Assembly: GCA_046563655.1 (NCBI GenBank)
Contig: CM102289.1
Location: forward strand, 2,666,001 to 2,730,000
Length of the DNA: 64,000 nt
Direction: 5' to 3'
From: Yuukianura sp. NJ FZ-2021
Taxonomy: Eukaryota
This document shows positions 1 through 12,008 of this stretch, one piece after another. Made by a program: the position numbers and the translations under genes. Within the stretch, counting starts at the first letter, position 1, and each line of letters begins with the position of its first letter. The notes under the pieces are model-generated. The model had not been told where the DNA came from. It searched no databases and worked only from the letters and a program-made list of their open reading frames with translations.

Positions 1-617
1 TCTCGCGGTGAGACTAATTTCCACTTCACATGCATCAAACTAGAATCAAATGTCGCCCGCAAGGTGCAAATTTCCGAATTTCGCACTCCGGAGAAAACAC
101 TGTTCATTTTTACTCTCACCACAAATTTCTTTTTTTACATCTGAATTTTAAAAATTTGGTTGAATTTTTTTTATAAAAACTTTTTTGTAAAGTGGGCAAA
201 TTTGTGTAACTTTCGTCATGAGTTTTGACAAAAATTTGATTTCACTCCGTCCTGACATATTTCAGTTTGCTTTTTTCTCCTGGCCTTGCTAGCTCAATGT
301 TTGGTTTGTTGTTAGGTTATATTAGGCTAACATGAAAATTGAACCTAAATTTCACTTAAACTGGTTAGACTGTAATAGGAAGTTGTTGTCAAAGTTTTTG
401 AAGTGGACGGACAGCAGTGGCCGGAGATGTGGAGACTGAGTGCCTTCTGGGAAGGACAGTCCGATGGCATGCGTTCGGGAGAAAGTGGTCATTTAAAATT
501 TATTGGAAGGTGCTTAATGATTCAGAGCTCGTGTACTACGCTGAGCGTTTCAAAGTGGCACTCAGGAAAAGTCCACAGAAAAACTGAAAAGCAAAAGTAG
601 CAGTGAATTGGACTTAC

Positions 618-845
618 CAAGTCAATAAGTTGTGAGAGTCGCATGCCAAGTCGGACGAGGACTCTGTCCGTATTGTTGGAGACAGGTCGGATGAGTCTGT
701 TGTAATTGCTTAGGAGGTCGTCGTAGAGGCGCTTCGCGTCGGGATTCGAAGTTGAGCGGGGCAGACTGCTCAAAATCAGGAGCACTGTGAAGGTCAGAAG
801 GGAAAAAACAGGGAAATGCTGCAGGGGAATGCCCGCTCTCCGCAT
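618..845 (-). CDS. nAChRalpha2: Nicotinic acetylcholine receptor alpha subunit, alpha2-like: first coding exon only; the gene continues beyond the left edge
   Basis: Signal peptide, then [43 protein letters not shown], ending at a GTAAG donor (617). The VSNNTD...LIDL pattern matches the insect alpha2 N-terminus as I recall it. Confidence 0.85.
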
Positions 846-1116
846 TTCGGAGGGAAAAGGCTCTGCTCACGCCAAGGCCTTCTTCCTTGTGCTTTATTTG
901 ACAAGCATGGTCCACTGGGCACATTCACTCCCTTTGTTCGGTACGTCTGAACCAAGGTTAGGCTAGTTTAGATGACTGGAGCACACAACGAACTGGAGGA
1001 AGTAAAAATATAAACTTTGGGACGTTCACTTTCTCCTTCCGTTCTCTGGTATTTTTTTTTGCTGGAGAAAGTTCTCGTTCCTGCTGGATTCCTGCAAAAA
1101 TAGAAGAAACGGCTAA

Positions 1117-1364
1117 TGCCCGGTTCGTCCATTGCAGTTTAAATTTTAACGGAGTTTAAATATTTAACCGGAGATTAAAAAATTTAACTGGAGAAAATCG
1201 GCCGGTTAAATTTAACCGGACTTTAACCGGCGGAGGAATACAAGAATTTTGATACCTTGTATGCCAAGATTAATTGACGCATAATTAAGTTAATTGAGTT
1301 TAAAGGGGGAACTAGTTTGCACTAAACTCCGTTTAACTTTAACCTGCAATGGTCGAACTGGCCA
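1117..1364. mobile_element. PIF/Harbinger (Tourist)-like MITE
   Basis: Imperfect ~40-bp TIRs (TGCCCGGTTCGTCCATTGCAG... / ...CTGCAATGGTCGAACTGGCCA), TAA on both flanks (1114-1116, 1365-1367), and internal TTAACCGG repeats. Confidence 0.75.
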
Positions 1365-1566
1365 TAAGAATCGTCACTTTTTGTGCGAATCGATTCATTA
1401 GCACTCGGCAGCACAAAACTCCTCAACTTGTTTCTCCTGCTGAACAACTCCGATAAATGTCTGACTACTTGCAGTTTCCTGAATCCTAAAGAAAATCTCC
1501 CGGGTAAAAGTTTTTGAGTAGAGCATGGGGTGGGAGGGAGGAGAAAAGATTAGAGACTGTGATGAG

Positions 1567-1769
1567 CAGACCTGCCAAAAATATTTAGTTTTCATACCTG
1601 AAATATTAACGTTAGCAAAATTGATATTTGCGGTCTTTTTATTGAAAAATATGTCTTTATTTTCCCATGCTCTTAATGCTAAGTTAGTAAATATTTCAAC
1701 CTTTTTCAGTAATTATTGTATATATTTAAATATTTCGTCGGTTCTTGGTAAATATTTTTGGCACGTCTG
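1567..1769. mobile_element. hAT-type MITE, copy 1
   Basis: TIRs CAGACCTGCCAAAAATATTT / AAATATTTTTGGCACGTCTG and an 8-bp TSD GTGATGAG (1559-1566, 1770-1777). Confidence 0.85.
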
Positions 1770-2191
1770 GTGATGAGGCTCAGACTGTCGCAATGGATCT
1801 GACTTTTTGCTTTGAAAGTTCGTACCACCATGCTGGATTTGCAAAAACTTACAAAAGTCTGTGTCTGAATATAAAAGAACTAACCAGAGCCGCGGAAACA
1901 AAGTTTTGAACCTAACGATAACTGCAAAGTTTGTGCACAATGACTCTATAGCATGAGGATTCAACATCAACAACACACTTACCAACTTAAGTAGTGTTGG
2001 AGCACTGGACAAACCAAAACGTTTTTGGCGGGAGTCACTATAGTCTCAAAAATTTTTACATTTTTTACTATATATTTTACTTTCAAGTTTCTACACTAAA
2101 TTGAGTGCCATGCTCCAGCATCACGCACGTTTTTGGAACATATCCCGCTTTAGTACATCGCGAAAATTTCGTGACTTATGATCTTAATTAG

Positions 2192-2375
2192 CAGACCTGC
2201 CAAAAATATTTCCATCTTTTTGGTGTTAAAATAATCAATATTTCGGGTATTTTTTATTAGTTTTTTTTAGTTAGCACTTAATGCTAAGTTCATAAATAGT
2301 TCAATGTTTTTCAGTAAATATTGCATTTATTGAAATAATTTTGCTGATTGTTAGTGAATATTTTTGCCAGGTCTG
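2192..2375. mobile_element. hAT-type MITE, copy 2 (same family)
   Basis: Same TIR CAGACCTGCCAAAAATATT / AATATTTTTGCCAGGTCTG, an 8-bp TSD TTAATTAG (2184-2191, 2376-2383), and internal similarity to copy 1 (CTTAATGCTAAGTT...TTTTCAGTAA). Confidence 0.85.
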
Positions 2376-5300
2376 TTAATTAGCTTGTAGAGCTGTGTTA
2401 AGCATTATATCAGATGATCATATGTGGGCGGTGGAGGTGGTTGTACTGTATTAAAATTTAATACATTTGAATAGTTTTTAAATAATTAAAAATTTTGGTT
2501 TCTAGTCATTCCAAACGGAATGCAGGTAAAACCTATTCGCGAAACTGGGTTTTCGCGGAGTTTGCGCCGAGCGCTCATGCTGGTGTAACACTTTCTGGGC
2601 AATTACACGCCATTCCATAGCAGTTTATGCCATGCGCAGGACAGTCTAATGTGACAAATAACAGAAACTTGACGGAACGGCATCAATACAAGTAAGGAAC
2701 CAAAATTTGTAATATTTTCTTACTGTTGTATTCCATTTTGTATTGCATTTACAAAAATTTCGGTTACTGTAAACCTCAACCTGCCGTACCCAAACAATTT
2801 ATCTAAAAATATTAAAAAATCCGAAATTTCAAATCAGAAAGAACAACGTTTCTAACTATTTGAAAACGAGTTTGTAAAATTCAACAATTTTTAATCAGTT
2901 ACCTTGCAAGTTGGGTGATATTTTTTGTACGCCGGCAATCTTCTTGAATTAGCCCATCCGACACACAAACGGCATAGGACGTTGGACGAACTTAATCGGC
3001 CTAATGTGGGGCAGTGGATTAAGCTTTTCCTTTTAAAGTGAGAACTGTTGATGTATTCAGAAGAAGCTGAAAAGCCGTGGAGCGGGAATGTTATTTTGAA
3101 CTGGAATATTCGTGGGAAGTGAGCGGATGAGGCTGATGCACAACGTGCTCTGAGGAACTGTTAGTTCTCCTAAGACTCTCCAGTCTAATTTGAACTTTCC
3201 CGGACTCTCAGCCTGTTGCAAGCCAAACGGAATGGAGGAGAGACTACTAGGGTTTGAACTGGGAAGACTTTCAACTCGTTCTTCCTCCTCCGAGAGGATT
3301 CGAAGGGCCTCCACTGCCTTGGCGGCATTCCCCTTAGGTTAGGTTAACCTAACCTTCCCTGCCTAGTTCCTGCTGCTGCTGCTCCGAAGGAGAAAGTGAA
3401 TCCCATTCAGGAGACTCAAGGCAGAAACTTCCCGAATCCAAGCCTCCGCCCAGCTAGACTTTCTCTTCTAGCATCCTAGTGCCTAGTGTCCTACAATCCA
3501 AGGTCTCTGTAACATACACAGTTTAAGGCACAGAGTTGGTGGATCCAGAAATCCTTGGAAGCAACGTGCCTTGACTTGGAACGGCACCAACGCACAAGTC
3601 CCCTCCTGCCCCTCCACCACCAGCTTTCTCTGCATTATTTTCACCACTGCAGCATTTCGACCTAGGACAGATGAAATTTCAAGTCCACAGAAAATCTCCT
3701 TTTCTTCCAAAACCACATCACACCATAGGATAGAAAAAATAACGTTGCAACGAAGCAAAATGCGGAGGAGACACTTTGCAGATATTAACTTTTACTTTCA
3801 ATAAATAACTTTCCCTTTCCACGCTTTTCCATTTACAGAAAACGACAAAAAAAGAAGCCGAATCTGAAATGATAGAAGTTGTACTTATTTTTTTTTTTTG
3901 TGTCTTCCAAAGAAATTCTAAAGTTTTTGTCAAGTTAATTTCCAAGTGTGCCGCCATGATTAAGTTTTGATCTTCCAAAATTTTATATGCTTAACACAGC
4001 GTTATGCTCCATATGGAACCTGCAACCTACAGATCATCAATCATCGCTTCAATTAGGAACGTGTGTAAAGACAAATTAAGTAAGCATCACAATTGCTGCC
4101 ACTCTGATTTGATTGGTTTTCTGACAAGAGACTATTTAAAATTAATTAAAAACTTTCCAAATCACTCAAAACAATCAAAACTTCCGAAAAAAATCAAAAT
4201 TTTAAATTTTCAAATTCTACAACTCACTCAAAATTTGGTTGACATGTGAGGAAAAATGGATCAAATTTGGAATTTCTTGATACAAATTGTAGGGAAATTT
4301 TTAAAATCTGAGCCTTGCATACAGTTTTCTTTTTCAATTTGTTTTTTTTTCTGAAGGAAACTCGCAATATGCGTCACCAAATAGCTTTTTTCTTGTTGAA
4401 AATGGAACAGAGTAATATCCGTTTTCAATTATTTGGAGTTCCGCAGCTGACGCTGACTTTAAGTCTTACGTTAAGAGCCATCGTTAAGATCAACGACCGC
4501 AACGCAACGGAGTTTATAACTTTTGGAACTGCTATGGCTGACGGGAGAGTTTTTCTGGAGCAATTTCTTCATAAAAAACGATGTCTGGTTCCAGCATCTT
4601 TCCATTTTGAAAGGCAGTTGACCGGGAGTTATATTGGACATAAAGAATTGTTCAAAAACTATGCACGCAACTTCTGCTTTCTATATAAAATCAATTGCTG
4701 AAATTTTGATTACTACTTCTATTAATGTCGAAAGCAGAAAAGAAGTTTTTTCGAAATTCTTCCGAAGTTACTTTATGTACTTCCAGATGTGAGTCACGTA
4801 AAGTCTTGATCCTGCTTCAAGAACAAGAGAACAAGAAGATGAAATTTTTTTCAAAATTTACTAACATTTTGCATCGGTTTGATGAAAACTGTTTCTCTTT
4901 TATTGAACTTCATCACATCAAAGTTTCCTTCAATTGAGCCAATCAGGAGACCCATGAAGCGTAACAAAAGAATCATCCGAAGACAATAGAGACTTTCTTT
5001 TTCCAAAATTCCAGCCTATTTTCAGTCTAAATTTTGAAGTTTCAAAAGAAAAAAGAAGTCCTGAGTTTCGATGATTCTGTTGATCTTTGCTCCAGAATTT
5101 TTCAAAATTTTCGAAAACGTATGCTGTAACTTTTCTAAAACTATGAACATAACTTTTATATAAGGTCGAACTTTCTACAAAGTGAAAGTGTAACAGCGTA
5201 AGTAGACTGTAGAGTTTTGAAATTGGACGCTCAAAAGTGGAATGACGAGGAAGTGCGGAAGGAACGTGTTGATTGGATACATTTTCTGCCTCAGTTGAAA

Positions 5301-8300
5301 TTCGATAGGAAAGTTTTTAAGCGCGGGAGATTTTGAAGCAGCTCACCTAAAATGCTTCGTGGTGGCAGATTCTGGACGAGTTTAATGTAGCATAAGATTT
5401 TCAGGATCCATGACTCCAATTTACTTTTGTGAGCTAAACGTTGAAGTTGTAACAGAGTATGGCGGGTCCCGGAAGTGAGCCACCGTGTGAGCCGCCTAAG
5501 GACTAAAACCTAACTGCCTAACGTAGCCTAACTTTAGCCTAACTGGAGTGAGGGCTGTGTAGCTGGAGCATAAAGGGATTTGGCCAAGTCCCTCATGCAC
5601 TTTTGTAAATTTGATGAATGTGCAAATGTCACTTGGCTCATCTTTTATCTTCCTTCATCATTCTAACTTCCAAGGACTCCTTTTATAACATGGACCAACA
5701 AACAGCGTAAGTTCTAACGCGCATTTTGTAAAACTTTTTCTTAGAAAACAGAGGTTTTAAATTCTACCTTTGAAATATTCCAAAAACATTTTCAAAATCT
5801 TTGTTCCTTTGAAAACTTCGAAAGTTTGTTGAGAGGAGAGAAAATTTTGAAACCAAACTTGAAACTTTAGCCGCCAGCCAAATCTCTCTCTTTGAAATCT
5901 TCCAAAATAATGGAAACGAGTGTATATTTCATATATTCTTGTTTTTGGCGGGATTTTGAGCTGTGCTGTGCGTCGCTGTTGCTATGCAATCAAAAGTGTT
6001 AAGGGTGCGTTGCAACATAACTGAAACTAAATTCTGTGTTTTGATCCAATTGAATCTTCCACATTCCATTTACCATAGCCAAACCTTCTTTGCATATCCT
6101 TTTGTTCACTGATGAAAAAAGAACATGTAACTGAAAGTGAAACTACTAGAATTTCTAGTTTTCTAGGAACTTTTCTATTTTCGAAATGCAAAAAACCTTT
6201 TAGATTTCCATGGAAATGGATTCCACGTGTAGGAAACCCAATTGAATTCAAATTCCTTTCCCGCCTTTCTCTTCTTAATTAAAATTGAAGACTTACAGGC
6301 TTGCAAGTCTTCTACTACCATTCTAGTGTATTGTACCGTTAAAGCTACTCTAGTCCTTGCCCCAATTTAAAGTTAAAATTAAAAAAACAAATTTTTCAAA
6401 AAAAAAAAAAAACTTTTTTATTTGGAAAAAGTGAAGTTTAGTTAGGAACCTTGCAACTTCTTAACTTATGTTTAGGTTAAGGTTTTAACTGCACTCTTAA
6501 AAGTGACAGTTGTCCTGAAGGTTTGCAAATTTCAGACAGTTTGTAAATTTAATCTTAACACGTCAAACTAATTTGATAAGTTTATCTTAAGTTACATTTT
6601 GAAAAGTACGAACCTTTGTAGTGAAATAGGCCTTTCAGGCCTAAAAGAAAAAGAAACAACACTACAAGTTTGTTTTGCCTTCCGTGGTGGAAGGTAGAAA
6701 TGAACTTTTTTTATTCAAAGTTAAAGGAAAAATGAAAAGCCCAGATTGACCTCGCAGAGGTCAACTGGCGAGAAGTAAAGGTGAACTCTGTTCCAAGCGG
6801 AGCAGAGTCACCAGATAGAATGAATTGTATGTACAGGCGGCGCTGGGTCCTTTTATAGGGCCCAGACCGGAAACCACTGGAGTAAGACAACAGCAAGTCT
6901 AACTCCAAATTAGAATATTTGTAAACTTACAATCTATTTTTAACAAATGTCAATGAACTTTGGGTTTTTAAACTTTAAAATCAAAAACAGAAAGATCTCT
7001 AATTAGAAGATTTGCATATGCAAATTGATGTGAAGTTGAAGTCGCTGAGTTGGAACGGTCATTTCATGACACCTTGTTGACCTCTGACCTCTGAACTTTT
7101 CCAATCAGTCATGCCGATCTTAAAAGGAAAGTTGAGAAAGCGAATAATAGTAAGTCATTTAATTACACTTCCTTCCGACGAGTCCATTAGTCTCAAGGAA
7201 CAAGTTAACCTAAAGTTAGACTCTGAAGACGAGAAAAGTCATTTAATCTTTGCACCTATTTTTAGAATCTACAAAACTCATTCTCCAATTAAGCCTTTTA
7301 GGTCTTAGTTCTTATACGACCTTAGTAACTATTCTGAGCATGCCCAAGGGAAAGTAGTTTCCAGTTCCAAAGGAAACTTCATTTCCCATAATTTAATCAC
7401 GCTGTCCATTTCCAAGTTTTTAGAACTTCACAAGCAACGAGAAGGAACAAGAATTATGCTTCTAAAACTCAGATTCGATTAAAACGTTGTTTTACGTAAA
7501 ACGAGAACTTTATTCCGACTTGAGGCTTTGCCCAAAGTTCCGGTTTCCCGCCAAATGACTTTTTGGTAAGTCCAAAGTCTGTGTCGTCTTAAATTTCAAA
7601 AATTTTCAACTTTTTTGTTTCCGCTTTATTATGTTTTGAGTGTGAAGAAAATGGACTTTGTAAACCTTTGAAGTTAAATTTGAGTTTCAGATTTCAGAAT
7701 AATAATTCGACTTCTTAAGAAAAATCTCATTTTCGTTTTAGGAGTGATGATAATGTATAAACAAAGTTGTGTTTCGGTTATGCGAGGGATTGGAGCGTCT
7801 TAATATCAGACTTCCACTTTCTCATAAACGCTTTCACTTTTTTTTTGAGAAAGTAATAACAAGCGAGTTATGAGAAGAACAAGTAGTGACGAGCAGGAGA
7901 TCATTAGGTGCTGTCCAACTTTATTTTGATGGAGGATATCCATTTCATTCCTTCCAGAACTTCCATACCACATGCCGTGTTATTATCCTCGACGCAAAAC
8001 AAGTTTTAGTTCAACTTGAAGAAAGCAGACTTTCTCCAGCTTTTATTTCTCTTTCTGTCTAAACCTAACACTTCAACCTAACTTCCCAGGTTCGTTAGGA
8101 TATGTTCCAAAGGTGCCCTTTGACTTCCTCTCTGCATCTTGGTTAGGTTACGTTAGGATAAAGCTTAGGTTACGTTAGGCTCAAGAACTTTGATGATAAT
8201 CCTTGAGCCAGAAAGTAGCACACAGTAGCACCTGGGACTGTCTTCCATCTCTCCTGGTTGTCAGGGGAGATTTACGAAAACGAAAAAAAGCGGGTAGTTT

Positions 8301-11300
8301 CGGGGCGATTCCTGGAGGACCAGTGCTATAGAATCCGCTAAGGAACAATAAAGTGCTTTTCACTTTTCCATGCGATAGGATCAGTTTACATGGAAGAAAA
8401 GTTAGGTTACCTAACCTAACCGAGAGGGAGAGTGTTATCGTTAGACATTTCTAACGACAGAGAAGCTGCATCGTCCCTTCAATGAGATTTTCTTGATCAA
8501 AATGAAAATCTTGCCTAGCGTGTGTTTTCAAGACAGATAATAAGATGAATTGTTTCAAATTGAAAAGCGGGCCGACTCCAGTGCTGTGTTGTGATTACAA
8601 AAGTGCCGCAGGTTGGAGAGACAAAGTAGAATTGAGTAGGATTTGTTAGGTTAGAGTGATGGTTGAAAAGATTAGAGTAGGTTAGGCTAGACAATGAAGA
8701 AGAGTCGAATGAAGTTGATTGGAGAAAGTTGATTAGTTTCTGGGCCAAGCTGATTAGAAAGAAGAATTGAGCGGTTAGGCTAAGGTTAGGCTAATCCTTT
8801 ACTCTAACATTTCTAAAACACTTCCTTGTCATTTTGAGCTCTCGGAAGTTTCAAAATTTTGAAATTTCTACTCCATGACTTTCCAAATTCAACAATTTTA
8901 GTTTGACACTAATATTCTAAATGAAAATTTTGAAATACTTTTTTTTTAATTTTTCAAGGCGCCATTCCAAAGTTAATTACACGGAAAGATACGGGATAGC
9001 GGTAGTTTTGTTAAATGTTCTCTTGTTTTTGAAAAATTAGAACAGAAATGCTATAATGATTTTGAACAAGGAATTTGAAGATGTAGATTTGAAACTTTTT
9101 ACAAAAGCTTTCAAGAGAAAAAGTTTTTTTGAAAAAAAGGAAACCCTTTAACTCAGTTAAGAGTAAAATTCAAAAACTTTTTTAATTGGATGTCTGATAC
9201 AGTTTTTGTTTCTTTTTAGAAAATTAAGCGAAACGTAATTTAACAAAGTTTCCACCCAAAAAATATGCAAGGAACGTTTCCATTTAAGCTGATTTGTAAA
9301 TGACAAAAGCACTTACTTTTTTCCTTTACGCTCGCTCTAGAACAGCCCAAAAACTTCAGAGAGGAAAAGACAATTTCAAAAACGGCGCTCTTCATTTTGT
9401 TCCACTCAAAAGACGGGCGAGCATTAAAAGCAGCTTAAAAAAGATCCTGGGAGGAAAAATTCAAATAAAAGAAGGAACGCAGGAGGTACTTCAACGTTGC
9501 CCGCTCTGGAGAAACGGTTCCTTAGTTTGTACTAATGCGAATGAGCAGTGCGTGTGTAGCTTGAGTGGAACTTTTTGTTCAGACCAAAATTTAGCACAAA
9601 AGTTTCATCTTGCTTTTCTTTTTTTAGTACGTGACTGCATTAGAAGAGACCGTTGACGCGCAAAGAGAAAGTTAAGGCTAAAATAAAAATTGCAGAAAAA
9701 AAAGCAAAAAAAAAAGTGCGGGAAAGCAGGCCAAGAAAAGAAATGCGGGAAAGTTCAAACTGGAGTCGCAGTGAAGTGAGCCCAAGCAAGCTAAAATTGT
9801 CCCGAATTTCATTTAGAAGAGGCCTCGAGGGTTGGGCCTCAGCTTTCCCTTTATTCGTTGCTCCATTTTCTAGAGTTCTAGGATCTCTACTAAAGCACCT
9901 AACCATTCTAAGCATAAGATGTTAGGTTGGATGTGTTTTTGTAAAACTGGTCCACCAGGGACGTGGTGACTGTAGGATTGGCGCCGTAGCCATCCTTCGG
10001 AGTCTGCGCTCTGCTCAATCGATGTCTGTCTGCGTTTGGCTTTGGATGCTGCTGGAGTTGCTGCTTTCTGGAGCAGTTTGGAGGTTCGGAAGAGAAAGCC
10101 AGCTTTCACTTCTGGGGCGAAACGAGGGGAAAGCTAGGCCAGTACGCCAAGGCTCTTGAGTTTTCAAAAAGCTAAATTTAACTGAAAAAGTCTTAAGCTC
10201 AGTTCAAAAAAAGAAAGTTGGACTACAAAGTTAGACAACTGTTGCCACTTTCTGACATTTTGTTCAAGAATTCTTTTAAGTGGAGTCAAAGGCTCAACGT
10301 TACCAAGAAACACACCAAAGACGCAAGGAAAAAGACCACCACTGCGGCAAAACTTTAGTAAACATTACATAGCAGGAGGAAGGCACAAACACGCGCCAAC
10401 TTCAAATTTTCTCCACTTTGATTCTGCTTCAACCAAATCACGAGAATACTCAAAACAATAACAACTTTTTGGGTCTCCGATGCTGTTTTTCTTCCAAAAA
10501 CTGTAAGAATTCACAAAATTTTTATGAAAATTTCTTTCAAAAGTTTAGTATTTGAAAATCAGAAAAAGCAAATATAAGTCACAGTTAAAATTTGAGAGTT
10601 AAAAGGAAGATTGTAAATATTTGAAAACCGTGACTAAAATCCAAAATTACAAAATTTTACTTTCACGAGAAATTTGTCTGATAAACCTCTAAAATGGGTG
10701 AAAGTAATAAAGCGTAAAACTTTTAACCGCGCTCATTCGGACATAAAATTTTTGAACATAAACCGGGGTTTTCAAACTGATTAGCCGGTGAACCGAAATT
10801 GAAAAGTGAGTTTAGAGGTACTGCTTACATAACATGAATGTAACAGATTCAAAGTGGTTCGTTTACGACCAAACACTTACTATACTATATCAGATAGTAA
10901 CCTATTAGTTCATGTTTAAGTGGAAGTTAGGAAGGAAGTGGAGTGTGTAATTATATCCGGGAAGGAGGATGTAAAATGTAGCACTCTCTAATTTGAATTT
11001 CCCTCCTAAAAACATAGGCTTGTGTTTTTGTTGTTTAGCATTAGAATTATGTTCCGTGTCGGAAGGAGATTGGATTCCTCTGAAGAGGGTATCTGGAGAT
11101 ATGCCAAAAGAACAATATCCATCCCATTCCAAATGTAGCTGATTAACACAAAATGAGCATTTAGATCCATCCAAATCGCTGAATAATGGAACACTTAAAT
11201 TCAAAACCCCCGCTTTTGTAAATAAAAATTAAATGGGGTTTGTACTACCCTAATTTAAAGCCTAGCTTTATAAAATCGCTGTACGAATTCCGGTAAAAAG

Positions 11301-12008
11301 AAACTTCAAAAATCCAATAACCAAGCTTTTCCTAATTTTGTAACTAAAAAACATACAAAAAATAAACACTAAAAAAACACATCCAAATGCCGATTACTGC
11401 CTTCCATGCGCGTTATATAAGTATTGATGGATAATGCGCATGCGTGGGATTCACGGTACAATAAAGCTAATACTCTGAGTGACATAATCCGCTGCTGTTG
11501 TGACGCGGCTTAAGTTAGAGTGAACAAAATGAAAAAGTGTCAGAAAGTTTTGGTAAATTGAAAGCAATAATAGATTCCGTCAGGACTTAAGTGCACGGTA
11601 TAAATCAAAATTATTAAATTTTTGCAACTTTATTTACTGTTATGACTAACATTTCCAAAAAAGTAAGCTATAAACAAAAACTGTCTCAACTTTCTCTTCT
11701 TTTCTTTCAACTTTTCAAACTTATAAACAATATTTCCTGTGTTATCGTTTTCGTTGTGATACTGATAGGGAGAAAACCAAGTTTTCTAATAACTTCGCTT
11801 AGTTTTCAACTCCCTTAAGTTTTGCAGTAGGCAACTAAAATAAAGTTTTGGGAAGAGAAAGTTATGCACTAAATAAAAAGTTGTGTGTTGCCGTGTACAG
11901 GTGATATAAATCCAAAACAAAGACACACACAGGAGGACTTTGGATGGATATAAAGAAAGCGGCACTAAGGAATTGCCTGTCGACTTGAAACTTTTTGAGG
12001 GAAGAAGG

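Noticed and set aside
10905..11204. 99-aa minus-strand ORF between the nAChR genes
   Set aside because: Non-ATG start, no recognisable motif and no convincing splice partners.
846..12008. Possible miRNA, tRNA or other ncRNA in the long intergenic region (for example the small hairpin at about 6746-6763)
   Set aside because: I saw no match to conserved arthropod miRNAs I can recall and no tRNA cloverleaf. An Infernal/Rfam scan and small-RNA data would be needed to exclude this properly.
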